A model generated the notes under the pieces. It did no database searches. It was not told where the DNA came from and saw nothing but the letters and a program-made list of their open reading frames with translations. This document shows positions 15,663 to 26,954 of a stretch of 64,000 nucleotides of DNA, one piece after another. Positions within the stretch are counted from its first letter, which is position 1, and every line of letters starts with the position of its first letter. Source of the DNA: Solirubrobacterales bacterium (lineage in GTDB: Bacteria; Actinomycetota; Thermoleophilia; Solirubrobacterales; 70-9); the NCBI GenBank assembly GCA_035688955.1, contig DASSMJ010000017.1, forward strand, positions 14,061-78,060, in the 5' to 3' direction. Made by a program: the position numbers and the translations under genes.

Positions 15663-17834
15663 TCAGCTCCGCGGCGTCTGTGGAATTTGGCGCAGCGGCG
15701 CGTTCTTTGGGCCGCAGGCGCCGGGGGCCAGGTCGCCATCCACCTTCCAGACGGTCACCGGACCTTCGTGGAGGACCGGGCGGACAGCAGCCTCGCCGCG
15801 CAGCCAGCGCGCCTCCGGAGATGGAATCGGCTCGCCGGGGTGGAGGAAGTTGAGGAAAGGCGAGGTGACGAGGTAGTCGAGGTCAGCGGCGTTGACGGCG
15901 GCGCGGAAGGCGGCGCAGGTCGGAATCGCGTTGAAGGCACCGTGCGGTCCCGCTTCGCCCAGATAGACGACGCGGTTGGTGAGGTCGGTGCCGTAGAAGC
16001 CGTAGCCGGCGAAACCGGCGGTGGTGCCGGAGAGGCCGATGCGGGCGTGGCCGACGGCCCGCGCCCATTTGTAGGCGCGATCGAGGTCCATCCCCGGGAT
16101 CTGCTCTTCCTTCGAGCCGGTGTTGGCGAAGCGGCCGTCGAGGTAGTGGCGCTGCAGTGGGTACCCGATCGCGACGAGGGCGAGGAGCAGGGCGGCGGAG
16201 GCAGCGGCAACGAGAGTGGCGCTCGTCCCGCGGGCGCGGGCGAGGAGAAGCAGCGCCGGAATCCCGACTAGGAGGACGACGAAGAGCAGCGCGAAGACGC
16301 GGGCCGAGTCGTGAAGCGCGTCGTCGGGCCGGTTGGTGAGGAGGAAGACGAGGACGAGAGCGCCGAGCAGGCCCCACTGCGCCCTCCTGGCGTCGAACCA
16401 GCGATCGAGCGGCAAGAGCACGATCCCGGCCAGCAGGGCCGGGATGACGTAGCGGATGTTGATCCCGAACCCCACCGGTTCCCCCTCCGCCCCGGCAGCG
16501 CTGAGCGGGGTGAAGAGGTAGGCGAAAAGCCCGAAGAGGGCGACGGCGCCGATGGCTCGGACGATCCGGTCGCGCCCGCGGAGCAACGCCAGCAGGGCCG
16601 CGGCAAAGGCGCCGAAGACGACCAACGGCCAGAGCGCGCCGAAGGCGGTGTGAAGGCCGGGCACGAAGTATTCCCGCCAGACGCCGGTGTCGGTGGCGTA
16701 GTGGGCGATGCTGAAGTCCGGCCGCCCTTCCTGCAACCGCTCCGGATGCGGGAGCGAGATCGGCCCCAGCGACTCGACCTCGGGGATCGGGTTGCCGGCG
16801 ACGACCAGGTTCCGCAGATACCAGAACGCCCCACCCGCCAGCGCCGGCAGGAACCACCAAGCGAACGAAAACCACCGCCTGCCCCGCGGCGTCAACAGCA
16901 CAACGGCAACCGTCAAGGCCCCAGCCATCGCCAGCCCCGTCACCCGCGTCCCCGCCGCCAACCCGGCGGCAAGCCCAGCCGCCCCGAGAACCCAGCCGTC
17001 AAAAGGTCCGCCGGACCTTAGCCCCGCATAGCGGTGGAAAGGTCCGGCGGACTTTTGCCACGCCTCGACGAGGATCGCGATCGAGGCCAGGAGCAGCGCG
17101 GCGGCGGCGAGGTCGTTCTTAGCGGCTCCTGGATCGCGGACGACGAGCGTGTGACAGGCGAGGAGGATTGCGGCGGCGACAACTGCCAAAGCACCGCGGC
17201 CGTACGGACGCCCTATGCAGTAGGCAGCGAGGAAGGCAACTGCCAGCCAGCCGAAGTTGAGGAACAAGCTCAGCGTGTCCCGCCCCGTGAGCAGGATCCC
17301 GACCCCGTGCAGCAGTTCGGAATTCTGGGGGTAGAACCAGTTGGTGAACACCGTCTCGGGGTGGTGCATACCGACGACGCTGTGTTCCTGCACCATCTCC
17401 ACCGCGAACGGCAGGTGGTACCAGAGCGAATCGAAGTTGAAGACGCCGAAATCCAGAGCGTGCTTCGTCGTGACGGCCCAGCTGAACACAGTCGTCGCGA
17501 TCACCAGGGCCATCACGACCTGCAAGGCGGGTGGCTCTGGGGCGATGGGATCGGCCGTTGAAGTAGCGCCACCCACCGGCAGGAGTCTCGTAAGCAAGGC
17601 CAGTAGAACCGAGACCGCGACCAGAGTCCCTGCGTAAAAGAGACCAACGCTGCCGAGGATCTCGGAGATCCAGATGAGCAGAGCTACGCCGACGACGGAC
17701 TCGACCAGGCGCGCTGGGGCTCCGGTCCAGCTTGGCAGCAGCTTCCTCCGCAGCTCATAGGCGCTGAAGCCGATCGGGCCGACCACCAGCGCCAGCTGGA
17801 GGGCTCCCAGCAGGTAGGAGCCGAGGTCAACCAC
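15663..17834 (-). CDS. Large polytopic membrane protein, GT-C-like (ArnT/PMT-type glycosyltransferase-like) with C-terminal soluble domain
   Basis: 723 aa with more than 12 hydrophobic helices, followed by a ~170-aa non-membrane C-terminus. The architecture resembles the dolichyl-phosphate-mannose/ArnT superfamily. The assignment is architectural only. Confidence 0.55.
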   Translation of the reverse strand: MVDLGSYLLGALQLALVVGPIGFSAYELRRKLLPSWTGAPARLVESVVGVALLIWISEILGSVGLFYAGTLVAVSVLLALLTRLLPVGGATSTADPIAPEPPALQVVMALVIATTVFSWAVTTKHALDFGVFNFDSLWYHLPFAVEMVQEHSVVGMHHPETVFTNWFYPQNSELLHGVGILLTGRDTLSLFLNFGWLAVAFLAAYCIGRPYGRGALAVVAAAILLACHTLVVRDPGAAKNDLAAAALLLASIAILVEAWQKSAGPFHRYAGLRSGGPFDGWVLGAAGLAAGLAAGTRVTGLAMAGALTVAVVLLTPRGRRWFSFAWWFLPALAGGAFWYLRNLVVAGNPIPEVESLGPISLPHPERLQEGRPDFSIAHYATDTGVWREYFVPGLHTAFGALWPLVVFGAFAAALLALLRGRDRIVRAIGAVALFGLFAYLFTPLSAAGAEGEPVGFGINIRYVIPALLAGIVLLPLDRWFDARRAQWGLLGALVLVFLLTNRPDDALHDSARVFALLFVVLLVGIPALLLLARARGTSATLVAAASAALLLALVAIGYPLQRHYLDGRFANTGSKEEQIPGMDLDRAYKWARAVGHARIGLSGTTAGFAGYGFYGTDLTNRVVYLGEAGPHGAFNAIPTCAAFRAAVNAADLDYLVTSPFLNFLHPGEPIPSPEARWLRGEAAVRPVLHEGPVTVWKVDGDLAPGACGPKNAPLRQIPQTPRS

Positions 17835-17855
17835 TTGAACCTCCCCCGGGAGGCG

Positions 17856-18284
17856 TCAGCCGCCGAGGCGGCCGTGGATCACGGCCGGGGTCTCGCCTTC
17901 GGCGACCATGCCCTGGCCGCGTGCCTCCTTCTGGATCACCAGCGGATCGTCGGCGGACTGGATGCGGTTGTGGAGCTGGCGGTTTTCCTTCAGCAGCACG
18001 TGCAGCTTCGCTTTCGCCGCCGTCGTGCCGGTGTAGGTCTTGAAGAAGTTCATCGAGGGGTGCAGGTAGGAATAGAGCACCGCGGCGAGGACGAGGGTGA
18101 GGGCGACGCGGCCGACGCGGTCCCACGCGATCCGGCTGGGGCCGCTGCGAGCGGCGGGCCGGGCCCTGCGAGCTGCCGGGCGCCTGCGGGCGGTCCCTGC
18201 CCGGCGGGCGGCATGAGCGCTCGCTGCCATACCCGGAGCTACGCGGCCGGGAACCGCTTTCCTGCATTGGATGGTCGATTGCAC
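17856..18284 (-). CDS. ftsB: Septum formation initiator FtsB/DivIC-family protein
   Basis: Arg-rich N-terminus, a single TM (VALTLVLAAVLYSY), then the coiled coil KAKLHVLLKENRQLHNRIQSADDPLVIQKEARGQGMV. It has the conserved position downstream of eno. The start is uncertain (alternative ATG at 18230). Confidence 0.75.
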   Translation of the reverse strand: MQSTIQCRKAVPGRVAPGMAASAHAARRAGTARRRPAARRARPAARSGPSRIAWDRVGRVALTLVLAAVLYSYLHPSMNFFKTYTGTTAAKAKLHVLLKENRQLHNRIQSADDPLVIQKEARGQGMVAEGETPAVIHGRLGG

Positions 18285-18434
18285 GTCCAGGCACGCCTGA
18301 ATGACGCGCCTGGCACACTGCGCATCTCTGCGTCCTCGGACTTGCCTTTGCCAACCGGCAAAGGCTGCGCCCTGCGTCCTTGATCTGCTTGGCCAGTCGC
18401 GCCTTCAGTCGCACCTGGAAGTGCAACCGACCAT

Positions 18435-19739
<1,305 letters not shown>

Positions 19740-19770
19740 TTATTCACCCGCACCGGCGGCGGGCTGTGCG

Positions 19771-21111
19771 CTATTCGCCGGTTGCGCCTTCGGGCGGCGG
19801 CGCGGCTTCGCCTTCGGGCGCTGCCCCGGGGACCGGGGCTTCGGCTGCTCCTTCGCCTTCTTCGCCTGAGCTTTCCGGCAGCGGCCGTTGCGGGAACGGT
19901 TCGCCTTTCGGTTTCTGTTCCGTGACGCTGCCCGGCAGGGCCGGAGAGATCGGCGTGACGAGCGCCGGGCATTCTTTCGCCGGGACTTTCGGGTCAGCTT
20001 CGTAGCAGGCCGGGGAGGCATTGGCCGGGCGGCCGTTGCCCTTGAAGTTCGAGCACTGTTCGGTCACGTAGCCGTCGGCGCAGAAGGTGCGAGAAACCCA
20101 TCGGGACTGGTAATCGCTGACGAATTCGGCGAAGAATTCCTGCTGCTTTTCGCCTTTCAGGGTTTCTTCGATCTGCGCTTTGACTTCGCCCAGCGATTTG
20201 ACTTTGGCCGGGTTCAGCTTCACGACTTCGACCACGAAGTAGTTACCCGAGAGCTGCGTCGGGCCGGTGAGTTCGCCGGTGGCGCTGCCGAAGATCGCTT
20301 TTTTCAGCGGGCCCTGGAGGAATTCTTCCGTGATGCCTTCCTGCAGACCGCCTTTGGCTTTGCTGGTGGGGTCGCTGGAGTACTTCTTCGCCACCGTTTT
20401 CCAGCTCTCCGGCGAGTTGTCTTTTTCCAGCTCCTTCTTCGCGGCTTCCACCTTGGCTTTGTCTTTGTTGACGACGAAGCGGACGTCGCGGCTTTCTTTT
20501 TCGGTGAACTGGGCGTCCTTTTCGGCCTCGTAGTAGCTCTCGATTTCGCCGCTGGTCGGGGCGGGCGATTCGCTGTTCACCTGTTCCTGCAGGGAGCTGC
20601 TGAGGACCTGGAGTTCGACTTTTTCCAGCACTTCATCCTGGCTGTACCCGGATTCTTTGAGGAATTTGTCGTAGGAGGCTTTGGTCGGGAAGCTCTGTTT
20701 TTTGATCTGGGCGAGTTCGTCTTCGACCTGTTTGTCGGTGACTTTGACGCCGAGGTTTTCGGCTTCGCCGCGGATCCAGATCGGTTCCAGCAGTTCCTGC
20801 ATCGCGGCTTTCTTCAATTCTTCGAATTTGTCGCTGCCGGGCTCGGGCGCTTTTTTCAGTTTTCCTTCTTTGACTTTCCGTTTGACCGCGGCGTCAAATT
20901 CCTCTTGGCTGACGTGGCCGAATTCGTCGGGGACGTTCTGGACGAGCGCCACGTCGCCGGAAGGCACGCTGGGCGAGCCGATCCCCTGGGCGACCGCGAA
21001 GCCGACGAAGAGCAGGACGAGCAGGGCGCCGAAGACGATCAGCGCCAGCCGCTGGCGACCGGCAGCCCGGTCACGCTCGGGTTTCCCTCTCTGCCCAGCT
21101 TTCGCTCCCAC
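19771..21111 (-). CDS. Membrane-anchored SurA/PrsA-like peptidyl-prolyl isomerase (parvulin/PpiC-type)
   Basis: TM anchor LALIVFGALLVLLFVGFAVA, a chaperone-like helical region, then the parvulin-like core RDVRFVVNKDKAKVEAAKKELEKD...KYSSDPTSKAKGGLQ...GPTQLSGNYFVVEVV. I placed the start at the in-frame GTG 21111 to avoid overlapping the mfd 3' end. The ORF extends to 21276. Confidence 0.7.
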   Translation of the reverse strand: MGAKAGQRGKPERDRAAGRQRLALIVFGALLVLLFVGFAVAQGIGSPSVPSGDVALVQNVPDEFGHVSQEEFDAAVKRKVKEGKLKKAPEPGSDKFEELKKAAMQELLEPIWIRGEAENLGVKVTDKQVEDELAQIKKQSFPTKASYDKFLKESGYSQDEVLEKVELQVLSSSLQEQVNSESPAPTSGEIESYYEAEKDAQFTEKESRDVRFVVNKDKAKVEAAKKELEKDNSPESWKTVAKKYSSDPTSKAKGGLQEGITEEFLQGPLKKAIFGSATGELTGPTQLSGNYFVVEVVKLNPAKVKSLGEVKAQIEETLKGEKQQEFFAEFVSDYQSRWVSRTFCADGYVTEQCSNFKGNGRPANASPACYEADPKVPAKECPALVTPISPALPGSVTEQKPKGEPFPQRPLPESSGEEGEGAAEAPVPGAAPEGEAAPPPEGATGE

Positions 21112-21152
21112 GAAGGCGGCAGCATAGTCAAATTCGTTCGGTCGGGTGGAGC

Positions 21153-24100
21153 TCAGGCGGTTGCGGGCTCGGCTGAGCGGCGCGCCTCGCGCAGACCCTC
21201 GGCCAGGGCGAGCACTGCCGTCAGCCGCTCTTCGGGGTCGCCATCGACCCGGATCGCCGCGGTCTGCTCGCGCCATTCGTAGAGCGCTCCCTCCACCTGC
21301 TCGGCCAGCACACCGGCCCCCGCCGAGTCGAGTTCCACCCCGGTGACGCTGAGGCGGCCGCCGCGGAACTCGACGCTGCGAGCCCCCGCCAGCCCGAGCT
21401 GGATCCGCGCCTGCTGCAGCTTCAGCAAGTTCTCGGCTTCTGATGGCAGGGGGCCGAAGCGGTCCTCGAGCTCGTCCCGGATCGCCCGCAGCTGGCCCGG
21501 CTCGCGAGCGGCGACGATGCGGCGGTGGACGTCGATCTTCGCCGCCTCGAAGGGCACGTAGCTCGCCGGCAGGTAGGCATCGACTGGAACGTCGAGGCGG
21601 ACCGGCTCCGGCGCCTCCTCCCGGGCCTCCTCCTCACCGCCCGCCGCGGCCGCCTCGGCGACGGCTTCGTCGATCATCTGGCAGTAGAGCTCGAAGCCGA
21701 CCGCGGCGACGTGTCCGGATTGCTCGTCGCCGAGCAGGTTGCCGGCGCCGCGGATGTCGAGGTCCCGCATCGCGATCCGGAAGCCGGAGCCGAGCTCGGT
21801 GTGGTCGGCGAGGGTCGAGAGCCGCGCCGCCGCCTCCTCGGTCAGCGCTTCGGCCGAGGGATAGAGCAGGTAGGCGAAGGCGCGCTCGCGGGATCGTCCG
21901 ACCCGGCCGCGGATCTGGTAGGCCTGGGAGAGCCCGAGCTGGTCGGCCCGCTCGACGATCAGCGTGTTCGCGGTCGGGATGTCAAGGCCGGACTCGATGA
22001 TCGTCGTCGTCACCAGGCAGTCGGCCTCGCCCCGGAGGAAGGCCAGCATCGTCTCCTCGAGCTGGTGCTCGTCCATCTGCCCGTGCGCTTCGAGGAAGCG
22101 CGCCCCCGGCACGAGCGCCCGCAGCCGCTCGGTCGTTTCCGGCAGCGAGTCGATCCGGTTGTGGAGGACGAAGGCCTGCCCTTTGCGCTCGATCTCCCGA
22201 TTGATCGCCTTGCCGACCAGGTCCTCGTCGTAGGGGCCGACGTAGGTGCGGACCGGGCGACGACCCTCGGGCGGCGTCTCGATTACGGAAATGTCGCGCA
22301 GGCCGGCGAGGCTCATCTGCAGCGTCCGCGGGATCGGCGTCGCCGAGAGCGCCAGGACGTCGACTTTCAGTTTCAACTGCCGCAGCAGCTCCTTCTGTTT
22401 GACGCCGAACCGCTGCTCCTCGTCGACGACGACTAGCCCGAGCTCCTTGGCGCGGACGTCGCGGGAGAGCAGGCGGTGGGTACCGATGAGGACGTCGACC
22501 TTGCCGGCCTCGAAGTCTTTGAGGATGGCTTTGACCTCCGCCGGCGGCCGCAGCCGGGAGACGCCCTCGACCCGGAACGGCAGGTCGGCGAGGCGCTCGC
22601 GGAAGGTGCCGTAGTGCTGCTGAGCGAGGATCGTGGTCGGCACCAGGACCATCACCTGCTTGCCGTCGGAGGCGGCCTTGACGGCGGCGCGCAGCGCCAC
22701 CTCGGTCTTGCCGAAGCCGACGTCGCCGCAGACCAACCGGTCCATCGGCCGCTCGGACTCCATGTCCGCCTTGACGGCCTCGATCGCTTCGATCTGGTCG
22801 GCGGTCTCGCGGTAGGGGAAGGCGGTCTCCATCGCGATCTGCCATTCGCCATCGGGCGGGAAGGCGTGGCCTTTGCGGAAGCGGCGCTCGGCGTAGAGGT
22901 TGAGCAGTTCGCCGGCGAGAGCGCCAGCCGCTTTCCGCGCCCGCGCCTTCATGTTCTGCCAGCGTTTGCCGCCCAGCGCCGAAAGGGTCGGCGAGCCGCC
23001 GGCACCGACGTAGCGGCTCAGCTTCGCCAGCTGGTCGGTGGGGACGTAGACCCGGTCCTCGCCTTTGTATTCGAGGTAGAGGTAGTCGCGGGTGACGCCG
23101 CCGACTTCGCGCGTCTCGAAGCCGGCGAAGCGGGCGACGCCGTGGTCCTCGTGGACGACGTAATCGCCGACCCGCAGTTCGGAGAAGGCGAGGCGGCCGC
23201 GACCGGCGCCGGGTGCCGGCTCCTCGCTGCGGCGGCGGTGGACGAGGCGCCGGAAGGGGTAGACGGCGAGCTTCAGCTCGGGGCTGACGAAGCCCTCGCG
23301 CAGGCGCGCCTCGGCGAAGGCGAGGCCGGGCTCGGGCGAGAGGTGGCCGCCTTCGAGCAGGCGGGCATCGAGGCGGTCGAGGCCGTAACGGGCGCGCTCG
23401 GCCTCGCCCCGGCTGTCGAAGGCGACGACGGTGCGGTAGCCGGAGCGGACCAGTTTCTCCAGCTCCGACTCGGCCTCCTTGACGCTGCGGGCAGGGGACT
23501 CGGCGCGGACCGCCCGGAAGGCGTCGTCGTCGTCCTCGCCGGCGCCGCTGAGGGCGAGCGCGGCGCGCTGGGCGAGCGGCTCGGCGACGTCGACGTAGAG
23601 GTGCTGGGCGTCGTCGGCGTGCATCGCCGTGGTGGCGTCCTCCCAGTGGTCGCGCAGCGCCGGCTCGATCTCCTCCTCACCGACCAGGACGACCGCGGCT
23701 CGCTCCGGAACCAGCTCCAGCGGCGCTCGGAAGTGCTCCAGCGGCAGCACTTCGGCGAGGTTCGGCGACTCCCCGTCTTCCTCCGCAGCTGCCATCGCCG
23801 CCAGCTCGGCGAGCTCGCGATGCTCGGCGTCCATCTCCGCCGCCGGCGCCAGCTCGACCCGCTGGGCGTCCCCGAGCGAGCGCTGGGTGAAGGTGGAGAA
23901 CCAGCGCATCGACTCCACCTCGTCGCCGAAGAGCTCGATCCGCACCGCCCGTTCCTCGGTCGCCGGGTAGACGTCGAGGATGCCCCCGCGGACCGCGAAC
24001 TGGCCGCGCTCCTCGACCTGCTCGACCCGTTCGTAGCCGGCAGCGACGAGGTCGTCGGCGACCGAGTCGAGCTCGATCTCCTCCCCCAGCTCGATCGCGA

Positions 24101-24539
24101 ACCCGGCGGGCCGCAGCGAGGCATCCGGGACCGCCTCGGCGAGGGCGGTCGCCGAGGCGACGACGATCGCGTCCTCTTCTGCCCCGAGGGCGTCGAGCGC
24201 GTCGATCCGCAGCCCGACCAGGTGCGGCGGCGGGGTCACATGTGAGGCGTAGCCGGTCCCGCGGGAAGGGTAGAAGCGGACCCGGCGCGGCGCCAGGTAG
24301 GAGCGCAGGTCGGCGGCGAGGTCGCGGGCCGAGCGGTCATCGGCACCGACCAGCAGCGCCGGGCGCCCGGCAAGACCGCGATCGTCCTCCAACAGCGCCG
24401 CCAGCAGCAGCGGCCGCAGCATCGTCGAAGCGCGGACATGCGCCCCCTCCCCACCCTCGGCGGCCGCGCGAACACGCGCCGCGAGCGCGTGGACGCGCTC
24501 GTTCTCAGCAGCGATCTCGATCAGCGGACGAAGGCTCAT
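21153..24539 (-). CDS. mfd: Transcription-repair coupling factor
   Basis: 1128 aa. UvrB-homology N-terminus, CarD/RID segment (GDYVVHEDHGVARFAGF), the superfamily-2 helicase motifs (VCGDVGFGKTEVALRAA, VVDEEQRFG, LSATPIPRTL) and a TRG region. Confidence 0.96.
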   Translation of the reverse strand: MSLRPLIEIAAENERVHALAARVRAAAEGGEGAHVRASTMLRPLLLAALLEDDRGLAGRPALLVGADDRSARDLAADLRSYLAPRRVRFYPSRGTGYASHVTPPPHLVGLRIDALDALGAEEDAIVVASATALAEAVPDASLRPAGFAIELGEEIELDSVADDLVAAGYERVEQVEERGQFAVRGGILDVYPATEERAVRIELFGDEVESMRWFSTFTQRSLGDAQRVELAPAAEMDAEHRELAELAAMAAAEEDGESPNLAEVLPLEHFRAPLELVPERAAVVLVGEEEIEPALRDHWEDATTAMHADDAQHLYVDVAEPLAQRAALALSGAGEDDDDAFRAVRAESPARSVKEAESELEKLVRSGYRTVVAFDSRGEAERARYGLDRLDARLLEGGHLSPEPGLAFAEARLREGFVSPELKLAVYPFRRLVHRRRSEEPAPGAGRGRLAFSELRVGDYVVHEDHGVARFAGFETREVGGVTRDYLYLEYKGEDRVYVPTDQLAKLSRYVGAGGSPTLSALGGKRWQNMKARARKAAGALAGELLNLYAERRFRKGHAFPPDGEWQIAMETAFPYRETADQIEAIEAVKADMESERPMDRLVCGDVGFGKTEVALRAAVKAASDGKQVMVLVPTTILAQQHYGTFRERLADLPFRVEGVSRLRPPAEVKAILKDFEAGKVDVLIGTHRLLSRDVRAKELGLVVVDEEQRFGVKQKELLRQLKLKVDVLALSATPIPRTLQMSLAGLRDISVIETPPEGRRPVRTYVGPYDEDLVGKAINREIERKGQAFVLHNRIDSLPETTERLRALVPGARFLEAHGQMDEHQLEETMLAFLRGEADCLVTTTIIESGLDIPTANTLIVERADQLGLSQAYQIRGRVGRSRERAFAYLLYPSAEALTEEAAARLSTLADHTELGSGFRIAMRDLDIRGAGNLLGDEQSGHVAAVGFELYCQMIDEAVAEAAAAGGEEEAREEAPEPVRLDVPVDAYLPASYVPFEAAKIDVHRRIVAAREPGQLRAIRDELEDRFGPLPSEAENLLKLQQARIQLGLAGARSVEFRGGRLSVTGVELDSAGAGVLAEQVEGALYEWREQTAAIRVDGDPEERLTAVLALAEGLREARRSAEPATA

Positions 24540-24614
24540 GGCAAGGCAAACGCCCGGAGCGGCGCTCCGGGCGAGCCGATCGATTCTAGGGAGCGGCCGA
24601 CACCGGCCGCAGCG

Positions 24615-26897
24615 CTACTTCAGGACGGTGAACTTGCGCTTGGCAGGCGTCGGGTCGACGTTCCCGGCCTTATCGATGGCGCGGACCTTGAAGACATGTT
24701 TGCCGGGCTTCAGCTTCTTGTATTTCTTCGGCGACAAGCAAGGCTTGAACGGCTTGCGGTCCAGTTTGCACTGGAACGTCGAGCCGCCCTCGGTCGCGGT
24801 GAACTTGAACTTCACCGTCGTCTTGTGGGTCTTCTTCGGTGGGCCTTTGACGATCTTGGTGTCGGGCGGGGTCATGTCCGCCGGCGTGCCGTTGTTGCCA
24901 CCGCCGTTGTTGCCACCGCCGGAGCTTCCACCGCCGTTGTTGCTCCCGCCGCCACCGTCACCGCCTTCGCCACCACCACCGCTCGATTCGGAGGCGGCCG
25001 CCACCGGCGAGGCAAGCTCAGAGGTGGCGTGCTGTTCGTTCGTCTGGGTGGCGGTCACCAGCGTCCCGGCGGGGACGGCGGGGAAGGTCGCTTTCCAGTT
25101 GCCGCTGCCGTCGGCCACGGCTTCGGCGAGGAAGCCCTCGAGCTCCCCGGCTTCCGCGCTCGCCTTGCGGAAGACGCGGACCTTCGCTCCCGGCAGCGCG
25201 GTGCCGGTGGCGCTCGACTGTTTCGCAACAGAGACCACAGGCGGCTGGATCCCTTCGTTCGCGCCGGCGACCAGGTCGATGAAGAGACCGTCGTTGTTGC
25301 TGCCGCGGTTGCGGGTGATTTCGGTGGTGCTCCCCGGTTCGCCGGCGTCTTCGACGATTTCGATCGCAGGCCCAGCGCTGCCTTCGATCACGTTCTCCTT
25401 TTCTTCGGTGCTGCCGCCGACGATGACGCCTTCCATCGCGATGCCGCCGGTCTGAGGCTTGACGCGGATCCCGGCAGCACCGGTGCCGAGGATGTCGTTG
25501 TCCCGGACTTCGTTTTTTTCGCCTTCGACCAGCACCCCGTATTCGCCGGTTTTTTCGATCAGGTTGCTGGCGATGAGACCGCCGCCAGGTTCGCCCTTCA
25601 CCCAGACCCCAATCGAGCCGCCCGCAACTTCGTTGCCGGTGATGTGGTCGACCAGCCCGATCTGTTCGATGCCGACGCCGCCGGCGTTGACGATGTTCTG
25701 TTCGATGCTTGCCGCCTGGCTCACGCTCTGGTTCAGAGCGAAGATCCCCTTGCCCGGCTCGGTCAGTTCGCCGCCGTCAGGGCCCACGCCGAGTTTGTTG
25801 CCCCTGACGACGAAGCTCTCACCCTCTTCGCTGGTGATCCCTTCGCTGCTCCCGGCCAGGTAATTCCCCTCGCCCAGCAGGTAGCCGCCCACAGTCACTC
25901 TGTCGGCCCCGCCGGCGAGGATCCCCCATTCGGTGTTTACGATCGATCCGGTCCCGGCCGGATCGAGGCCGATGAAGTTGCCGCGGATTATCGTCGGCCC
26001 GGTGGCGGGAGTCTCGCCTTGGAGGATGGAGCCGACGAGATCGATCCCGCGGCCGGCGCCGGAGATCACGTTGCAGCCGCCGTCGCATTCCGGGGATTCG
26101 TCCGGCCCTTCGGCGACTTCGGTCCCGATTTCGTTGCCTTCGGCTTTGTCGACGATGTTGTAGTCGGTCAGCTCGATGTCCTGGAAAGCGGAGCCGGCAG
26201 ACGTCCCGTCGGGTTTGAGCCCGAACCAGTTGCCCAGCACTTTTGCGTCGTCGGTGCCCTCGATATCCAGGCCCGTCTGGCTGTTCGCGATCAGGTTGCG
26301 CTGAACCGGGTCGGTGCCGCCGATCGTCGCTTCGGTGCCTTTGGGGCCGATGGCGATGCCGTTCGTGCCGGCGGTGCCGAGACTGCCGTCCAGTTTGATC
26401 CCGATCCAGTTGCCGGCGGCGGTGAATTTTTCCGCGTCGACGCGGATCCCGGTCGAGGCGTTGGTGATCGCGAGGTCGAAGATCGAGGTTTCGTCGGCTT
26501 CGACGCTGAGCGTGGTGCCGCCGCTCGGGCCGCTGATCCCGACGCACGGGCCGTTGATCGTCGCGGCGGTCGGGCAGGTGGCCCCGTTGATTTCCACCGG
26601 CGAGAGGATCGTCGGCAGCGGCGTGCCCGGTTCGATCGTGTCCGCGAGCTGGCCTTCGAAGACGCTCAGGCTGAAGAGGATCGTGTCTTCTTCGACTAGG
26701 GAGGCATTGGACTCTTCCAGCGCCGCCCTCAGCGTGCAGGTGTTCGCCGACGTTTTGCAGACGCCGTTGGCCGCGGTTTCGTCGGCTTGGTCGCCGGTAC
26801 TGTCGACGGTGTAGACAGCAGCCGAAGCAGCGGCCGGAAGCGCGAGCAGTAACAGGGCAGCGAGAAGCGCCAGCGCGGCGCGCGGGATGAAGTTCAT
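24615..26897 (-). CDS. Secreted CSLREA-domain / parallel beta-helix repeat protein with Gly/Asn linker and C-terminal Ig-like domain (paralog 1)
   Basis: Signal peptide MNFIPRAALALLAALLLLALPAAASA and the CSLREA-type motif NTCTLRAALEESN. Many GN.IG/beta-helix repeats, a GGGG(S/N) linker, and the tail TPPDTKIVKGPPKKTHKTTVKFKFTATEGGSTFQCKLD...GKHVFKVRAIDKAGNVDPTPA. Confidence 0.75.
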   Translation of the reverse strand: MNFIPRAALALLAALLLLALPAAASAAVYTVDSTGDQADETAANGVCKTSANTCTLRAALEESNASLVEEDTILFSLSVFEGQLADTIEPGTPLPTILSPVEINGATCPTAATINGPCVGISGPSGGTTLSVEADETSIFDLAITNASTGIRVDAEKFTAAGNWIGIKLDGSLGTAGTNGIAIGPKGTEATIGGTDPVQRNLIANSQTGLDIEGTDDAKVLGNWFGLKPDGTSAGSAFQDIELTDYNIVDKAEGNEIGTEVAEGPDESPECDGGCNVISGAGRGIDLVGSILQGETPATGPTIIRGNFIGLDPAGTGSIVNTEWGILAGGADRVTVGGYLLGEGNYLAGSSEGITSEEGESFVVRGNKLGVGPDGGELTEPGKGIFALNQSVSQAASIEQNIVNAGGVGIEQIGLVDHITGNEVAGGSIGVWVKGEPGGGLIASNLIEKTGEYGVLVEGEKNEVRDNDILGTGAAGIRVKPQTGGIAMEGVIVGGSTEEKENVIEGSAGPAIEIVEDAGEPGSTTEITRNRGSNNDGLFIDLVAGANEGIQPPVVSVAKQSSATGTALPGAKVRVFRKASAEAGELEGFLAEAVADGSGNWKATFPAVPAGTLVTATQTNEQHATSELASPVAAASESSGGGGEGGDGGGGSNNGGGSSGGGNNGGGNNGTPADMTPPDTKIVKGPPKKTHKTTVKFKFTATEGGSTFQCKLDRKPFKPCLSPKKYKKLKPGKHVFKVRAIDKAGNVDPTPAKRKFTVLK

Positions 26898-26954
26898 GAA
26901 GCCGACCCTATCCAGCACCGGCGGACAGACAGGCTGTCTAGTCGGACGTTCGAG

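Noticed and set aside
18285-18434. Hairpin-rich eno-ftsB spacer (e.g. GCCTTTGCC-AACC-GGCAAAGGC at 18344..18365) as a possible regulatory RNA.
   Set aside because: It is short, it lies within a conserved operon junction, and it is most simply explained as an attenuating or terminator-like hairpin after eno. Nothing distinctive was seen beyond that.
24880-24990. Short G/C-rich tandem-looking repeats (also at 27210..27310) that could be mistaken for a repeat array or CRISPR.
   Set aside because: They are in frame within the two beta-helix genes and encode Gly/Asn/Ser linkers. There is no repeat-spacer periodicity and there are no cas genes.
24438-26699. 753-aa plus-strand ORF (and similarly 27855..29705, 616 aa) opposite the beta-helix genes.
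   Set aside because: They are antisense to ORFs that have signal peptides, repeats and a conserved tail. Their own composition is dominated by Arg/Gly/Asp/Ala/Val without structure-like periodicity.
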